Assembly (NCBI GenBank): GCA_965242555.1
Contig: CBDESO010000008.1
Span: 547,577 to 611,576, forward strand
Length of the DNA: 64,000 nucleotides
Direction of reading: 5' to 3'
Source: Dehalococcoidia bacterium
Lineage (GTDB): Bacteria > Chloroflexota > Dehalococcoidia > Lucifugimonadales > JADFKI01
Position numbers and translations under genes: made by a program. How positions within the stretch are numbered: the first letter of the stretch is position 1; each line of letters starts with the position of its first letter. This document shows, one piece after another, positions 46,480 to 57,206 of this stretch. The notes beneath the pieces are model-generated. The model worked only from the letters and a program-made list of their open reading frames with translations. It ran no database searches and was not told the DNA's origin.

Positions 46480-46829
46480 GGGATGTATTTAGGGCTCCCT
46501 TTCCATTCGCGGACTCGGACGAATCCAAAATACGCCCGGTGGTTGTCGTGGCTGATGCGCGGGAAGGCGATGAGATGGATTGGGTAGTTTGCTCGGTAAC
46601 CAGTCAAGAACCAATCAGTCTTGACGTGGCGATACCCATCGTCCAAGCCCACTTTCAAGAGGGAAGTTTGCCGCTTGATAGTTGGGCGCGTCCTAATCGT
46701 CTGCAAACGATAAACGAAGAGCGGTTCATACGCCTAGAGGGAAGGCTCTCCGACGCCAAGACTGCCGAGATAATCGCCGCAGTGCGCGCGCTGTTTGACG
46801 CCGGTGACTACGCGCCGCCGGCGCTGTGA
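46473..46829 (+). CDS. MazF/PemK-family toxin-like protein with no adjacent antitoxin gene
   Basis: GDVFRAPFPFADSDESKIRPVVVVAD...WVVCSVTSQ...LPLDSWARPNRLQTINEERF fits the PemK/MazF pattern. The GTG start overlaps the upstream TAG. Confidence 0.7.
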   Translation: MVGDVFRAPFPFADSDESKIRPVVVVADAREGDEMDWVVCSVTSQEPISLDVAIPIVQAHFQEGSLPLDSWARPNRLQTINEERFIRLEGRLSDAKTAEIIAAVRALFDAGDYAPPAL

Positions 46830-46871
46830 TAGGGTAGGTTTAAGCCAATCGTTACTACACGGCAACCCCAA

Positions 46872-47618
46872 ATGGCGCAAGCCGCAAGCTCAGGGCGTAA
46901 CGCGGCGATAGAGGCGCGCGGGCTGTGGAAGGCTTACGGGCGGACGCAGGCGCTGCGCGGCGTGGATCTGCGCGTGGAATGGGGCGAGACGCTGACGATA
47001 TTGGGCGCGAATGGCTGCGGCAAGACTACGCTTATCAAGACGCTGGCGACGCTGGTCAAGCCGGACGCGGGCGATGCGCTTGTGGGCGGCGTGAGCGCGA
47101 GGCGCGAGGCGAGGCGGGTTCGGCGGCTGATAGGCGTGGTTACGCATGAGCCGCTGCTGTATGACGGGCTTACGGGCGGCGAGAACTTGCGGTTCTTCGC
47201 GCGGATGTTTGGGGTTGAGAATGTAGATGAGCGCGTGGCGGCGGTCGCGGCGCGGATGGGCGTTAGCGGGCGGCTTGACGATAAGGCGGGCGCGCTGTCG
47301 CATGGCTTGCGGCGGCGGTTCGGCATAGCGCGGGCGCTGCTGCACTCGCCGCGCGTCCTGGTGATGGACGAGCCCGAAAGCGGGCTTGACCAAGAGGCGC
47401 TTGCGCTGCTGGAGGGGGTTGTTCGGGATTACGCGGACAGCGGGCGGGCGGTTCTGCTGACCACGCACAACATAGAGCGCGGCGCGGCGCTGGCGGATAG
47501 GGTGGCTATCCTGGCTGGCGGACGCATCGCTTGGGAGGATAGGGCGGACGCGGTGAGAGTGGCTGAGCTGCGGGCGCTGTACGCGGCGCGGTTTGGGCGC
47601 TTGGAGGCGCGGGCGTGA
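46872..47618 (+). CDS. ccmA: ABC transporter ATP-binding protein, CcmA-like heme exporter
   Basis: It has a Walker A (GANGCGKTT), the ABC signature LSHGLRRR and a Walker B (LVMDEP). It is coupled (GTGA overlap) to a CcmB-like gene. Confidence 0.7.
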   Translation: MAQAASSGRNAAIEARGLWKAYGRTQALRGVDLRVEWGETLTILGANGCGKTTLIKTLATLVKPDAGDALVGGVSARREARRVRRLIGVVTHEPLLYDGLTGGENLRFFARMFGVENVDERVAAVAARMGVSGRLDDKAGALSHGLRRRFGIARALLHSPRVLVMDEPESGLDQEALALLEGVVRDYADSGRAVLLTTHNIERGAALADRVAILAGGRIAWEDRADAVRVAELRALYAARFGRLEARA

Positions 47619-48292
47619 GGGCGGCGCGCGAGTTCGCGGCGCTGGCGCTGGCGATTATGTGGAAAGACGTGGCGCTGGAGTTTCGCTCGCGGGACATCGT
47701 GGTATCGGCGCTGGTGTTCGCGCTGCTGACGATAGTTGTGTTCAACTTCGCGGTCAGCCCCACGCCGCAGACGGTGGCATTTGTGGCGCCGGGCATACTT
47801 TGGGTGGCGATCGCATTCGGCGGCGCGCTTGGGCTAAACCGCTCGCTGGCGCTGGAGAAAGAGAGCGGCGGCATGCAGGCGCTGCTGCTGGCGCCGGTGG
47901 GGCGCGATGTCATCTTCTTCGGCAAGATGCTGGGCAACCTGCTGTTCATGCTGGCAATAGAAATCGCGGCGTTCCCCGTGTTCGCCGTGCTGTACAACTT
48001 CTCGCTGCTGCAGCCGGGCCTGCTGCCGGCGGCGCTGCTTGCGACGCTGGGGATAGCGGCGGTCGGAACGCTGTTTTCGGCAATCGCCGTCAACACGCGC
48101 TCGCGCGAGGTAATGCTGCCGCTGCTATTCCTGCCCATAATCGCGCCCGCGCTGATAGCCGCGGTAGAGGCGTCCACCGCCGCGCTGCAGGGCGATAGCG
48201 GCCTGACGCGCTGGCTGCCGTTCCTTGCGGCGTATGACGCGCTGTTTTTGGTGGCGTGTCCGCTTGCGTTCCAAGCGGTGGCGGAGGAGTAG
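47615..48292 (+). CDS. ccmB: Heme exporter protein B (CcmB family)
   Basis: APGILWVAIAFGGALGLNRSLALEKESGGMQALLLAPV matches the CcmB core as I remember it. It has six TM helices. Confidence 0.7.
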   Translation: MRAAREFAALALAIMWKDVALEFRSRDIVVSALVFALLTIVVFNFAVSPTPQTVAFVAPGILWVAIAFGGALGLNRSLALEKESGGMQALLLAPVGRDVIFFGKMLGNLLFMLAIEIAAFPVFAVLYNFSLLQPGLLPAALLATLGIAAVGTLFSAIAVNTRSREVMLPLLFLPIIAPALIAAVEASTAALQGDSGLTRWLPFLAAYDALFLVACPLAFQAVAEE

Positions 48293-48336
48293 GGGGTAGG
48301 GCAAGCGGCGTCAAACGCGCAAGGCAAGCGGCGTGA

Positions 48337-49770
<1,434 letters not shown>

Positions 49771-49851
49771 TGCCCGGATAACGCCCGGATAATACCAGGG
49801 GCGACGCGCAAGCGAATAGCATACAAGCCGAAACGAAAGGAAAGCGCGTCA

Positions 49852-50361
49852 ATGGCGACATCATACGATTGCATCACGGCGGAGCAGGCTGAGCTTATTC
49901 GCAGCGCGCCGGTGTTCTTTGTGGCGACGGCGGATGTTGGGGCGCAAGACGTTGACGCGGTGAATCTCTCGCCCAAGGGGGGAACGCCGTTGCATATCAT
50001 CAGCCCGAACCTCGTGGCGTATTTGGACTACACGGGTAGCGGCAATCAGACGGCGCTGCACTCGGACGGGGGCAGCCCAATCACGATAATGGTATGCTCG
50101 TTTGAGCCGGACAACGCCGCCATCGCGCGGCTGTACGGCTACGCCACGCATATGCCGGTGGAGGATTCGCCGCACGCAGATCTGCTGTTGGCAAATCAGG
50201 CGGAGGACATCGCGCTGCCTATGCGCCAGGCGATAGAGGTGCGCGTCGAAAAGACCAGCACAAGCTGCGGCTACGGCGTTCCAGTAATGCAACTCGCGGG
50301 CGAGCGCACAATCGCCAATCGCGGGCGGCGATACAAGGGCGCGCCCGCGCCGCAAAGATAA
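49852..50361 (+). CDS. Pyridoxamine 5'-phosphate oxidase-family (FMN-binding split-barrel) protein
   Basis: The text FFVATAD...NLSPKGG...YLDYTGSGNQT...TSCGYGVP is typical of this family. Confidence 0.65.
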   Translation: MATSYDCITAEQAELIRSAPVFFVATADVGAQDVDAVNLSPKGGTPLHIISPNLVAYLDYTGSGNQTALHSDGGSPITIMVCSFEPDNAAIARLYGYATHMPVEDSPHADLLLANQAEDIALPMRQAIEVRVEKTSTSCGYGVPVMQLAGERTIANRGRRYKGAPAPQR

Positions 50362-50422
50362 CTAACGCGCGAAACGCAATCACGGGAAACGCAAGCGGGA
50401 TTTGAAAGGCGGCCAATCCGAT

Positions 50423-52102
50423 ATGTCGCAGATCTATGACATCGCCAACGAATATGTGGAAGAGTACGCGGCGCTGAACCCAATCAGCGCCACCGGCATG
50501 GGCGTTCCGGGGCATGACGCCGAGATGTCGGACTACTCGCCGCAGGGCGCGGACGCCAACGCCGCGCTGAACCGCCGCGCTATCGCCGCGCTGAACGCCG
50601 CCGCCGCCGGGGATGAGCGGGATAGGATCGCCAAAGACGCTATGCTGGACGACCTGAGCGTCAGCCTTGACACTTACGACGCCGGCGAGCATCTACGCAG
50701 CCTGCGCGTGCTGGGCAGCCCGTTCCAGGCGATGCGAATGACCTTTGACCTGATGCCGCGCGAGACGGCGGGGGATTGGCGCAATATCGCGGCGCGGCTG
50801 GCGCTTGTCCCGCAAGGGCTTGCGGGCTACCGCGATAGCCTGCGCGAGGGCTTGCGGCAGGGCAAGCCGAGCAGCAGGCGGCAAGCGGCGGAGTGCGCGA
50901 GGCAGGCGTGGACGTGGACGGGGCAAGTAGATGGCGCGAGTTCGTTTTTTAACGGGCTTGTTGACGCCTTTGACGCATCGCCGGCGGCGTCTGACGCGCT
51001 GCGGCGGGATGTGGTTGCGGGCGCGCAAGCGGCGACGGCGGCTTACGCCGATATGGGGCGCTATCTATCCGAAGAGTATCTGCCTAAGGCAAGCGAACAA
51101 GACGCGGTGGGGCATGAGCGCTACGCGCTTTCGTCGCGCGCGTTCAACGGCGCGGACATTGCGCTTGAAGAGACGTACGCCTGGGGGTGGGAGCAGCTCG
51201 CGTGGGTGGAGAGCGAAATGGCGCAAACGGCGGAGCGCATCCTACCGGGCGCGGGCGTTGACGCCGCCAAGCAGTTGCTTGAAACGGATCCCGCACGCGC
51301 GATAGAGGGCGTGGACGCCTTTCGGGAGTGGATGCAGGATATTCAGGACAGAACGGTCGCCGAACTGAACGGGACGCACTTTGACATACCTGAGCGCGTT
51401 AAGCGAATAGAGGCGATGATTGCGCCGCCGGGCGGAGCTCTGGCAATGTACTACACATCGCCGTCAGAGGACTTCAGCAGGCCGGGGCGAACGTGGTATC
51501 CCACCGGCGGTAAGACGCGCTTTCCGCTGTGGGGCGAGCCGTCTATCGCGTATCACGAGGGCGTGCCGGGGCATCACTTTGAGCGCGGGATAGCCAAGCA
51601 TCTCACTAGCGACCTGTCCCGGTTCCAGACGGCTATGGGCGGCACGTCGGGCTACATAGAGGGCTGGGCGCTGTACGCCGAGCGGCTAATGGCAGAGCTG
51701 GGCTATCTTGAAAACCCGGACTATTATCTGGGGATGCTGCGCGCCCAGGCGCTACGCAGCGTCCGCGTGATTGTTGACATCGGGATGCACCTTGAGCTGC
51801 CGATACCGCAATCGGCGGACTTTCATCCGGGCGAGGTTTGGACGCCCGCGCTTGGGCTGGAGTTCATACGCGAGCGCAGCCACTTCCCGCCGGATTTCGT
51901 GGCGAGCGAAGTGGATCGCTATCTGGGGATGCCGGGGCAGGCTATCTCATACAAGGTGGGGGAGCGCGAATGGCTGTCGGCGCGGGAAGACGCGCGGCGG
52001 CGCAAGGGGGCGGCCTTTGACCTGAAAGACTTTCATACGCGCGCGCTGAACTTGGGGCCAATGGGATTGGCGCAGATGCGGCGCGAAATGGCGCGCGTTT
52101 AG
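50423..52102 (+). CDS. DUF885 family protein (putative metallopeptidase-like)
   Basis: It contains HEGVPGHHFE and GYIEGWALYAERL. Length is ~560 aa. Confidence 0.7.
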   Translation: MSQIYDIANEYVEEYAALNPISATGMGVPGHDAEMSDYSPQGADANAALNRRAIAALNAAAAGDERDRIAKDAMLDDLSVSLDTYDAGEHLRSLRVLGSPFQAMRMTFDLMPRETAGDWRNIAARLALVPQGLAGYRDSLREGLRQGKPSSRRQAAECARQAWTWTGQVDGASSFFNGLVDAFDASPAASDALRRDVVAGAQAATAAYADMGRYLSEEYLPKASEQDAVGHERYALSSRAFNGADIALEETYAWGWEQLAWVESEMAQTAERILPGAGVDAAKQLLETDPARAIEGVDAFREWMQDIQDRTVAELNGTHFDIPERVKRIEAMIAPPGGALAMYYTSPSEDFSRPGRTWYPTGGKTRFPLWGEPSIAYHEGVPGHHFERGIAKHLTSDLSRFQTAMGGTSGYIEGWALYAERLMAELGYLENPDYYLGMLRAQALRSVRVIVDIGMHLELPIPQSADFHPGEVWTPALGLEFIRERSHFPPDFVASEVDRYLGMPGQAISYKVGEREWLSAREDARRRKGAAFDLKDFHTRALNLGPMGLAQMRREMARV

Positions 52103-52227
52103 GGCGCGGCATATGCCCGCGATAGGGTATAATTGCAAGGCATTGACTATACGACTACGCCGCGGCGCGACGGGATAGGGCGAGACAAGTTCGCGCGGCG
52201 GCGGCACGGGCAGATGAAAGGGCGCAT

Positions 52228-53241
52228 ATGACAACCAGAATTGGCATCAACGGCTTTGGGCGCATCGGCAAGCAGGCGCTGCGCGCGATTATGGAACGCC
52301 ACCCGGACACGCTTGAAGTGGTTATGGCGAACGATCCCGCCGACATCAAGACGAGCGCCCACCTGTTCAAGTACGACTCGGCTTATGGGCCTTATCCCGG
52401 CTCGGTCGAGGTCGCGGACGGCGCGATTATCATTGACGGCCATCTCGTCAAGATGACCGGACATCTGGATCCGGCGGATGTGCCATGGGGCGATGAGGGC
52501 GTGGACGTGGTGATAGAATCCACGGGGATGTTCACCGATTCCAGCCGGGCGGCGGTTCATATGGAGGGCGGCGCGAAAAAGGTTATCATATCAGCGCCCG
52601 CGCAGAACGAAGACATTACGCTTGTGCTGGGCGTCAACGAAAGCGCCTACGATCCTCAGCGGCACAACATCGTTTCCAACGCATCTTGCACAACGAACTG
52701 CATCGCGCCTATGGCGAAAGTTCTGAACGACGAGTTCGGCGTTGTGCAGGGTCTTATGACTACCATTCACGCCTACACAAACGACCAGAAAGTTCTCGAC
52801 CACTGGCACAGCGATTTGCGGCGCGCGCGGGCGGCGGCGGTGAATATCATCCCAACATCCACCGGCGCGGCGAAAGCGGTGGGACTGGTGCTGCCCGAAC
52901 TGAACGGCAAGCTGAACGGGATGGCGCTGCGCGTTCCCACGCCCGTTGGTTCGGTAACCGATTTTGTGGCGACGCTGTCACGGGCGGCGTCGGCGGACGA
53001 TGTGAACGCGGCGTTCAGCAAAGCCGCGGCGGGCGCGATGGCGGGCGCGCTGGAGTACAGCGAGGATCCGCTTGTCAGCAGCGACATCGTGGGCAACCCG
53101 CATAGTTGCATCATTGACGGGCTGTCCACTATGACCGTGGGCGATAATATGGTCAAGGTGGTGGGCTGGTATGATAACGAATGGGGCTACAGCTGCCGCA
53201 CCGCCGATCTCGCCGCGTATATGGCGGGCAAGGGATTGTAG
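52228..53241 (+). CDS. gap: Glyceraldehyde-3-phosphate dehydrogenase (type I)
   Basis: It contains [24 protein letters not shown] and WYDNEWGYS. Confidence 0.92.
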   Translation: MTTRIGINGFGRIGKQALRAIMERHPDTLEVVMANDPADIKTSAHLFKYDSAYGPYPGSVEVADGAIIIDGHLVKMTGHLDPADVPWGDEGVDVVIESTGMFTDSSRAAVHMEGGAKKVIISAPAQNEDITLVLGVNESAYDPQRHNIVSNASCTTNCIAPMAKVLNDEFGVVQGLMTTIHAYTNDQKVLDHWHSDLRRARAAAVNIIPTSTGAAKAVGLVLPELNGKLNGMALRVPTPVGSVTDFVATLSRAASADDVNAAFSKAAAGAMAGALEYSEDPLVSSDIVGNPHSCIIDGLSTMTVGDNMVKVVGWYDNEWGYSCRTADLAAYMAGKGL

Positions 53242-53314
53242 GCGATCGGGTGGCACTCAGGACGGCGGCACTCAGGGCGGCGCGTATGGCGCGTATGAGA
53301 TAAGGGCAGGATCT

Positions 53315-54166
53315 ATGAGCAACGCAGGCGGCAACGCGGAACAGGTTCGGGAGCGCATACAGCTTGTGCGCGACCTGTCCAACGAACTGGCGGCGCATCT
53401 GCACACGCTGCCGGACAATATCTGGCGCGAGCCGGATGTATATGCCAGCGCCTGCGAGGGCTGGAAGATAGCGGATGTGATAACGCATCTGATACTCGGC
53501 GCGAACACATTCGGGCTGAGCATCGCAAACGCGGTCAAGGGCATCACCGATCCGCCGATGGGGTTTAGCCGCGCCGCAACGCCTGAGGAGGGGCTGGCGC
53601 GCCTGGTTGACACGCGCAACGCCATTCACGAAGACCTGTTTTACGATTTCAACGCAAGCTGCAAGCGGTTCAACACGCTGCTGCTGGGCTTGGACGAGAG
53701 CTCATATTCGCTCCCGACGTGGCATCCCTATTTCGTCATCAGCGTCGATCGGCTGATAGACATTCGCGCGTCGGAGTTGGCGATTCACTCTTGGGACATA
53801 CGCTACCCGCTAGACCGCTCCGCGAAACTCAGCGCAAGGGCAGTGCCGTTTATGCTGGACTTCGTGTGGCGTTGGCTACGCACCGGCTTTCAGAAATCCG
53901 ACGCCTTGCCCGCGCCGATACGCTATCGGTTCGCGCTGACGGACGCCGATGGCGGCTACGACGTTCGCGTTTCGGGGGACAACTTTCGCCTTGCGCCCGC
54001 GGACGATTCCCCTGTAAATGTTACATTCAGTTGCGATACCGACACCTACATCCTATTCTGCATGGGGCGGCTACCCCTGCGGCGGTCGGTTCGGCGCGGG
54101 CGCATCGCGCTTGAGGGCGATGCGGCGCTGGCGGCGCAGTTTGGGGACTGGTTCAAGGGGATATAG
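53315..54166 (+). CDS. DinB/maleylpyruvate isomerase N-terminal domain family protein
   Basis: The N-terminal four-helix text (LAAHLHTLPDNIW...EGWKIADVITHL) is typical of MDMPI_N/DinB-like proteins. ATG 53315 was chosen. Confidence 0.55.
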   Translation: MSNAGGNAEQVRERIQLVRDLSNELAAHLHTLPDNIWREPDVYASACEGWKIADVITHLILGANTFGLSIANAVKGITDPPMGFSRAATPEEGLARLVDTRNAIHEDLFYDFNASCKRFNTLLLGLDESSYSLPTWHPYFVISVDRLIDIRASELAIHSWDIRYPLDRSAKLSARAVPFMLDFVWRWLRTGFQKSDALPAPIRYRFALTDADGGYDVRVSGDNFRLAPADDSPVNVTFSCDTDTYILFCMGRLPLRRSVRRGRIALEGDAALAAQFGDWFKGI

Positions 54167-54273
54167 CGGGATATAGATAGGCGGGCGCGTTCTCTTAATT
54201 AGTTCGCTGATTAAGGGAAAGATTAGCGGGCAAACTGAGATACAAATAGGCGCAAAGGGGCGGCAGGAACAAA

Positions 54274-55173
54274 ATGAGCGAATTCGCAAGCAGGCTGGCG
54301 GAGGCGTCGCGGGTAAATCGCAGCGCGGTATGCGTGGGGCTTGACCCTGATCCCTCATTGATGCCAATCGCGGATGTCCGCGCATTCAATCGCGCGATAA
54401 TTGACGCTACTCATGACCTTGTGTGCGCCTATAAGCCCAACCTCGCGTTCTATGAGGCGCTGGGGATAGAGGGGCTGGAGGCGCTGCGGGATACGCTGGC
54501 ATATGCCCGCGAGCGAGCGCCGGACGCCGTGTTGCTGGGCGACGCCAAGCGGGGGGATATTCAATCCACCAATGTCAAGCACGCGGAGGCGCTGTTTGAC
54601 TATTGGGGCTTTGACGCGATAACCGTGAACGGCTTTGCGGGCGGCGAATCGCTTGCGCCGTTCTTTGAGCGCGAAGACAAGGGCGTGTTCGTATGGTGCC
54701 GCGCGTCAAACCCCGGATCGCAGGAATTCCAGGACGCGCCGCTTGCGTATGCCAACTGGCAGATGCCGCTTGCGTTGGACGATCTGCGCGCGCCGGACGA
54801 GTTGGATGAGCTGCGGATGCCGCTGTACGAATGGATCGCGGCGCGGGCGATGACATGGACGCGCAACCGCAATCTTGGGCTGGTTGTGGGCGCGACCTAT
54901 CCCGACCAGCTCAGCGTTGTTCGCCGTCGCTGCAGCGGCGCGCCGATACTGATACCCGCGGTGGGCGCGCAGGGCGGCGAGCTGGAGGCGGCGGTGGAGA
55001 ACGGGCTTGAAAAGGGCGGCGGCGCGCCGAACATCCTCATCAACTCATCGCGCAGCATCCTGTACGCGGACAATAGCGCTGAGGGTTTCGCGGACGCGGC
55101 GCGGGCGGCCGCCGCCAATCTGCGCGAGGGCATAAACGCGGCGCTGGAGCAGGCGGGGTGGAAGTGGCGGTAG
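54274..55173 (+). CDS. pyrF: Orotidine 5'-phosphate decarboxylase (long, type 2 form)
   Basis: It contains VCVGLDPDPSLMP, CAYKPNLAFYEALG and LLGDAKRGDIQST. Confidence 0.85.
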   Translation: MSEFASRLAEASRVNRSAVCVGLDPDPSLMPIADVRAFNRAIIDATHDLVCAYKPNLAFYEALGIEGLEALRDTLAYARERAPDAVLLGDAKRGDIQSTNVKHAEALFDYWGFDAITVNGFAGGESLAPFFEREDKGVFVWCRASNPGSQEFQDAPLAYANWQMPLALDDLRAPDELDELRMPLYEWIAARAMTWTRNRNLGLVVGATYPDQLSVVRRRCSGAPILIPAVGAQGGELEAAVENGLEKGGGAPNILINSSRSILYADNSAEGFADAARAAAANLREGINAALEQAGWKWR

Positions 55174-55236
55174 GCGGGCGCCTAGGCGCACTAGATGCCC
55201 GGCGCTAAATGTCTTGAAATGATCCGCGGATTTTTC

Positions 55237-55265
55237 TTGATACGCCGCGCGTTGTCTGGTAGAAT
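55237..55265 (+). promoter_or_regulatory. Sigma70-type promoter of the tRNA-Gln/tRNA-Glu pair
   Basis: TTGATA (55237-55242), an exact 17-nt spacer and TAGAAT (55260-55265). The tRNA 5' end is 13 nt downstream. Confidence 0.5.
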
Positions 55266-55277
55266 GGCTTACTAGGT

Positions 55278-55351
55278 TGGGGATTCGTCTAGCGGTAGGA
55301 CGACAGACTCTGGATCTGTAAGCCGAGGTTCGAATCCTCGATCCCCAGCCA
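55278..55351 (+). tRNA. tRNA-Gln (anticodon CTG), CCA encoded
   Basis: Hand fold: acceptor TGGGGAT/ATCCCCA (U1-A72), anticodon arm ACAGA-CTCTGGA-TCTGT, T arm CGAGG-TTCGAAT-CCTCG, then G and CCA. Confidence 0.85.
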
Positions 55352-55367
55352 ACCGAAAGTGTTGCGT

Positions 55368-55444
55368 GGCGCATTCGTCTAGCGGCCAAGGACACCACCC
55401 TCTCAAGGTGGAGACCACGGGTTCGAATCCCGTATGCGCTACCA
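55368..55444 (+). tRNA. tRNA-Glu (anticodon CTC), CCA encoded
   Basis: Hand fold: acceptor GGCGCAT/ATGCGCT (G1 opposite T72), D arm GTCT-AGCGGCCAA-GGAC, anticodon arm CCACC-CTCTCAA-GGTGG, T arm ACGGG-TTCGAAT-CCCGT, then A and CCA. Confidence 0.8.
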
Positions 55445-55558
55445 ACATCCCCCTTGCCGCATACTCGCGCCTGCTTGCGTTGCTTGCTTGCCCTATCGCG
55501 CCGCGCGAATTTCGCCCAACGGCATCCCGTCTAGCGTTTCTAGCGTTCATACACGCGC

Positions 55559-56572
55559 CTACTCCGGGCGCGGGGCGCGCTGCAGCAGGGCGGTTATCGC
55601 TTGCTCAAGCGGGACGTCCTCAAAGATGACGCTGTGCATCGCTTGGGCTATCGGCAGCTCAACATCCAGCCTTTGCGCCAGCGTCAGGGCGCCCGCGATA
55701 GTGTCCACGCCCTCGGCTACATTCTGCATTGACGCGCGAATGGCTTGCGGCGCGTCGCCCTGCGCCAGGCGCGCGCCGAAGTAGTGGTTGCGGCTCAGGG
55801 CGCTGGAGCAGGTGGCGATTAGGTCGCCCATGCCGGACAAGCCCGCGAGCGTGAGCGGGTTGGCGCCCGCCGCCACCGCGAGCCGCGAGATCTCCGCCAG
55901 CCCGCGCGTGATGATGGCGGCTTTGGCGTTGTCGCCATAGTTCAGCCCGTCGCACACGCCCGCCGCCAGCGCGATGATGTTCTTGAGCGCGCCGCCGAAT
56001 TCCACGCCCACAATGTCGCCGTTGGTATAGACGCGAAAGCGGCTGGAGTTGATGATAGCCTGCGCGGTCGCGGCGGCATAATCGGATTGAGACGCCACCA
56101 CCGCGGATGAGGGCTTGCCCTGAATGATTTCGCGCGAGAGGTTGGGGCCCGACAGGGCGCATATGTTATCGCGCAACGTTGCGGGGAGTTCGTCCGTCAA
56201 CACCTCGCTCATACGCTTAGCGGTTCGCAGTTCCAATCCCTTGGCGGCGCTGACGATGATTGCGCTGGGCGGGAACGCCGCGCTCAGATGGCGCGCGTTT
56301 GCACGCAGCGCCTGCGAGGGGACTGCGATTATCACAAGCTCGGCGTCTTCGAAAGCCTCGTGCGCGGATGCCGACACCGACAGGGATGGGGGGAACGCCA
56401 CGCCGGGCAGAAAGCGGGCGTTTTGACGGGCGGCGGCGAGCGCGTCTGCCTCAGGCTGCGCTCGCGCCCAAAGGCGCACGTCCACGCCGCGCCGCGCGAG
56501 TATGACGGCGAGGGTGGTGCCCCATGTGGTTGTGCCTACGATGCCGACTTTGGGCATACCCCCCTCACCCAT
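55559..56572 (-). CDS. gpsA: NAD(P)H-dependent glycerol-3-phosphate dehydrogenase
   Basis: It contains KVGIVGTTTWGTTLAVILA, SGPNLSREI and GALKNIIALAAGVCDGL. ATG 56557 is an alternative start. Confidence 0.88.
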   Translation of the reverse strand: MGEGGMPKVGIVGTTTWGTTLAVILARRGVDVRLWARAQPEADALAAARQNARFLPGVAFPPSLSVSASAHEAFEDAELVIIAVPSQALRANARHLSAAFPPSAIIVSAAKGLELRTAKRMSEVLTDELPATLRDNICALSGPNLSREIIQGKPSSAVVASQSDYAAATAQAIINSSRFRVYTNGDIVGVEFGGALKNIIALAAGVCDGLNYGDNAKAAIITRGLAEISRLAVAAGANPLTLAGLSGMGDLIATCSSALSRNHYFGARLAQGDAPQAIRASMQNVAEGVDTIAGALTLAQRLDVELPIAQAMHSVIFEDVPLEQAITALLQRAPRPE

Positions 56573-57197
56573 CCACGCGAACCGACGGCTTGCCTATCTT
56601 GCGCTCCTCGCCCCTGATGAGGCGCAGGATGTTGGGTTTATGCAATCCCACGACTATGCAAGCGCCCACTACGCCGAATGAGAGGTATTCCAAGGGCGCG
56701 CGTCCCAATGCTATCAGGATTATTAGGGTGATGACGCCGGATAGCGTGCCTAGGATTGAGCCTAGCGATACGTAGCGGGTTAGGGCGACGGTCGGGACGC
56801 CAACCAGCGTGGCTACCAGGCCGGATATGGGGGATAGGATGATGAGCGCCCCCCAGCCGGCGGCGGTTCCCTTGCCGCCGCGAAAGCCCACGAACACGGG
56901 CCAGTTGTGGCCTGCGAGCGCGGCGAGGGCGGCCAACGCCTCAGCGCCGGGCGCGTCGAATAGCCAGCGCGCTATCAGCACTGCCACTACCGCTTTGCAC
57001 ATATCCAATATCAGCGTCAGCGCGGCGGCGGGGGCGCCGGCGGTTCGCATCACATTGGTCATTCCCGTGGAGCCGCTGCCGTAGTCGCGCACATCCACGC
57101 CCTTGGAGAGCTTGCCCAGTATCAAGCCAAAGGGCAGCGATCCCAGCAGGTAGCCTGCGGGCAGCATCACGATGTACGGCAGCAATGCGTCAAGCAT
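56565..57197 (-). CDS. plsY: Glycerol-3-phosphate acyltransferase PlsY
   Basis: It contains GSLPFGLILGKL, DYGSGSTGMTNVMR and GHNWPVFVGFRGGKG. Confidence 0.88.
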   Translation of the reverse strand: MLDALLPYIVMLPAGYLLGSLPFGLILGKLSKGVDVRDYGSGSTGMTNVMRTAGAPAAALTLILDMCKAVVAVLIARWLFDAPGAEALAALAALAGHNWPVFVGFRGGKGTAAGWGALIILSPISGLVATLVGVPTVALTRYVSLGSILGTLSGVITLIILIALGRAPLEYLSFGVVGACIVVGLHKPNILRLIRGEERKIGKPSVRVDG

Positions 57198-57206
57198 CTA
57201 GCGCGG

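Noticed and set aside
54190-54220. An imperfect palindrome (tctcttaatta...tgattaaggga) upstream of pyrF as a PyrR-type attenuator.
   Set aside because: It lacks the conserved PyrR binding-loop sequence, and there is no terminator/antiterminator pair or U tract.
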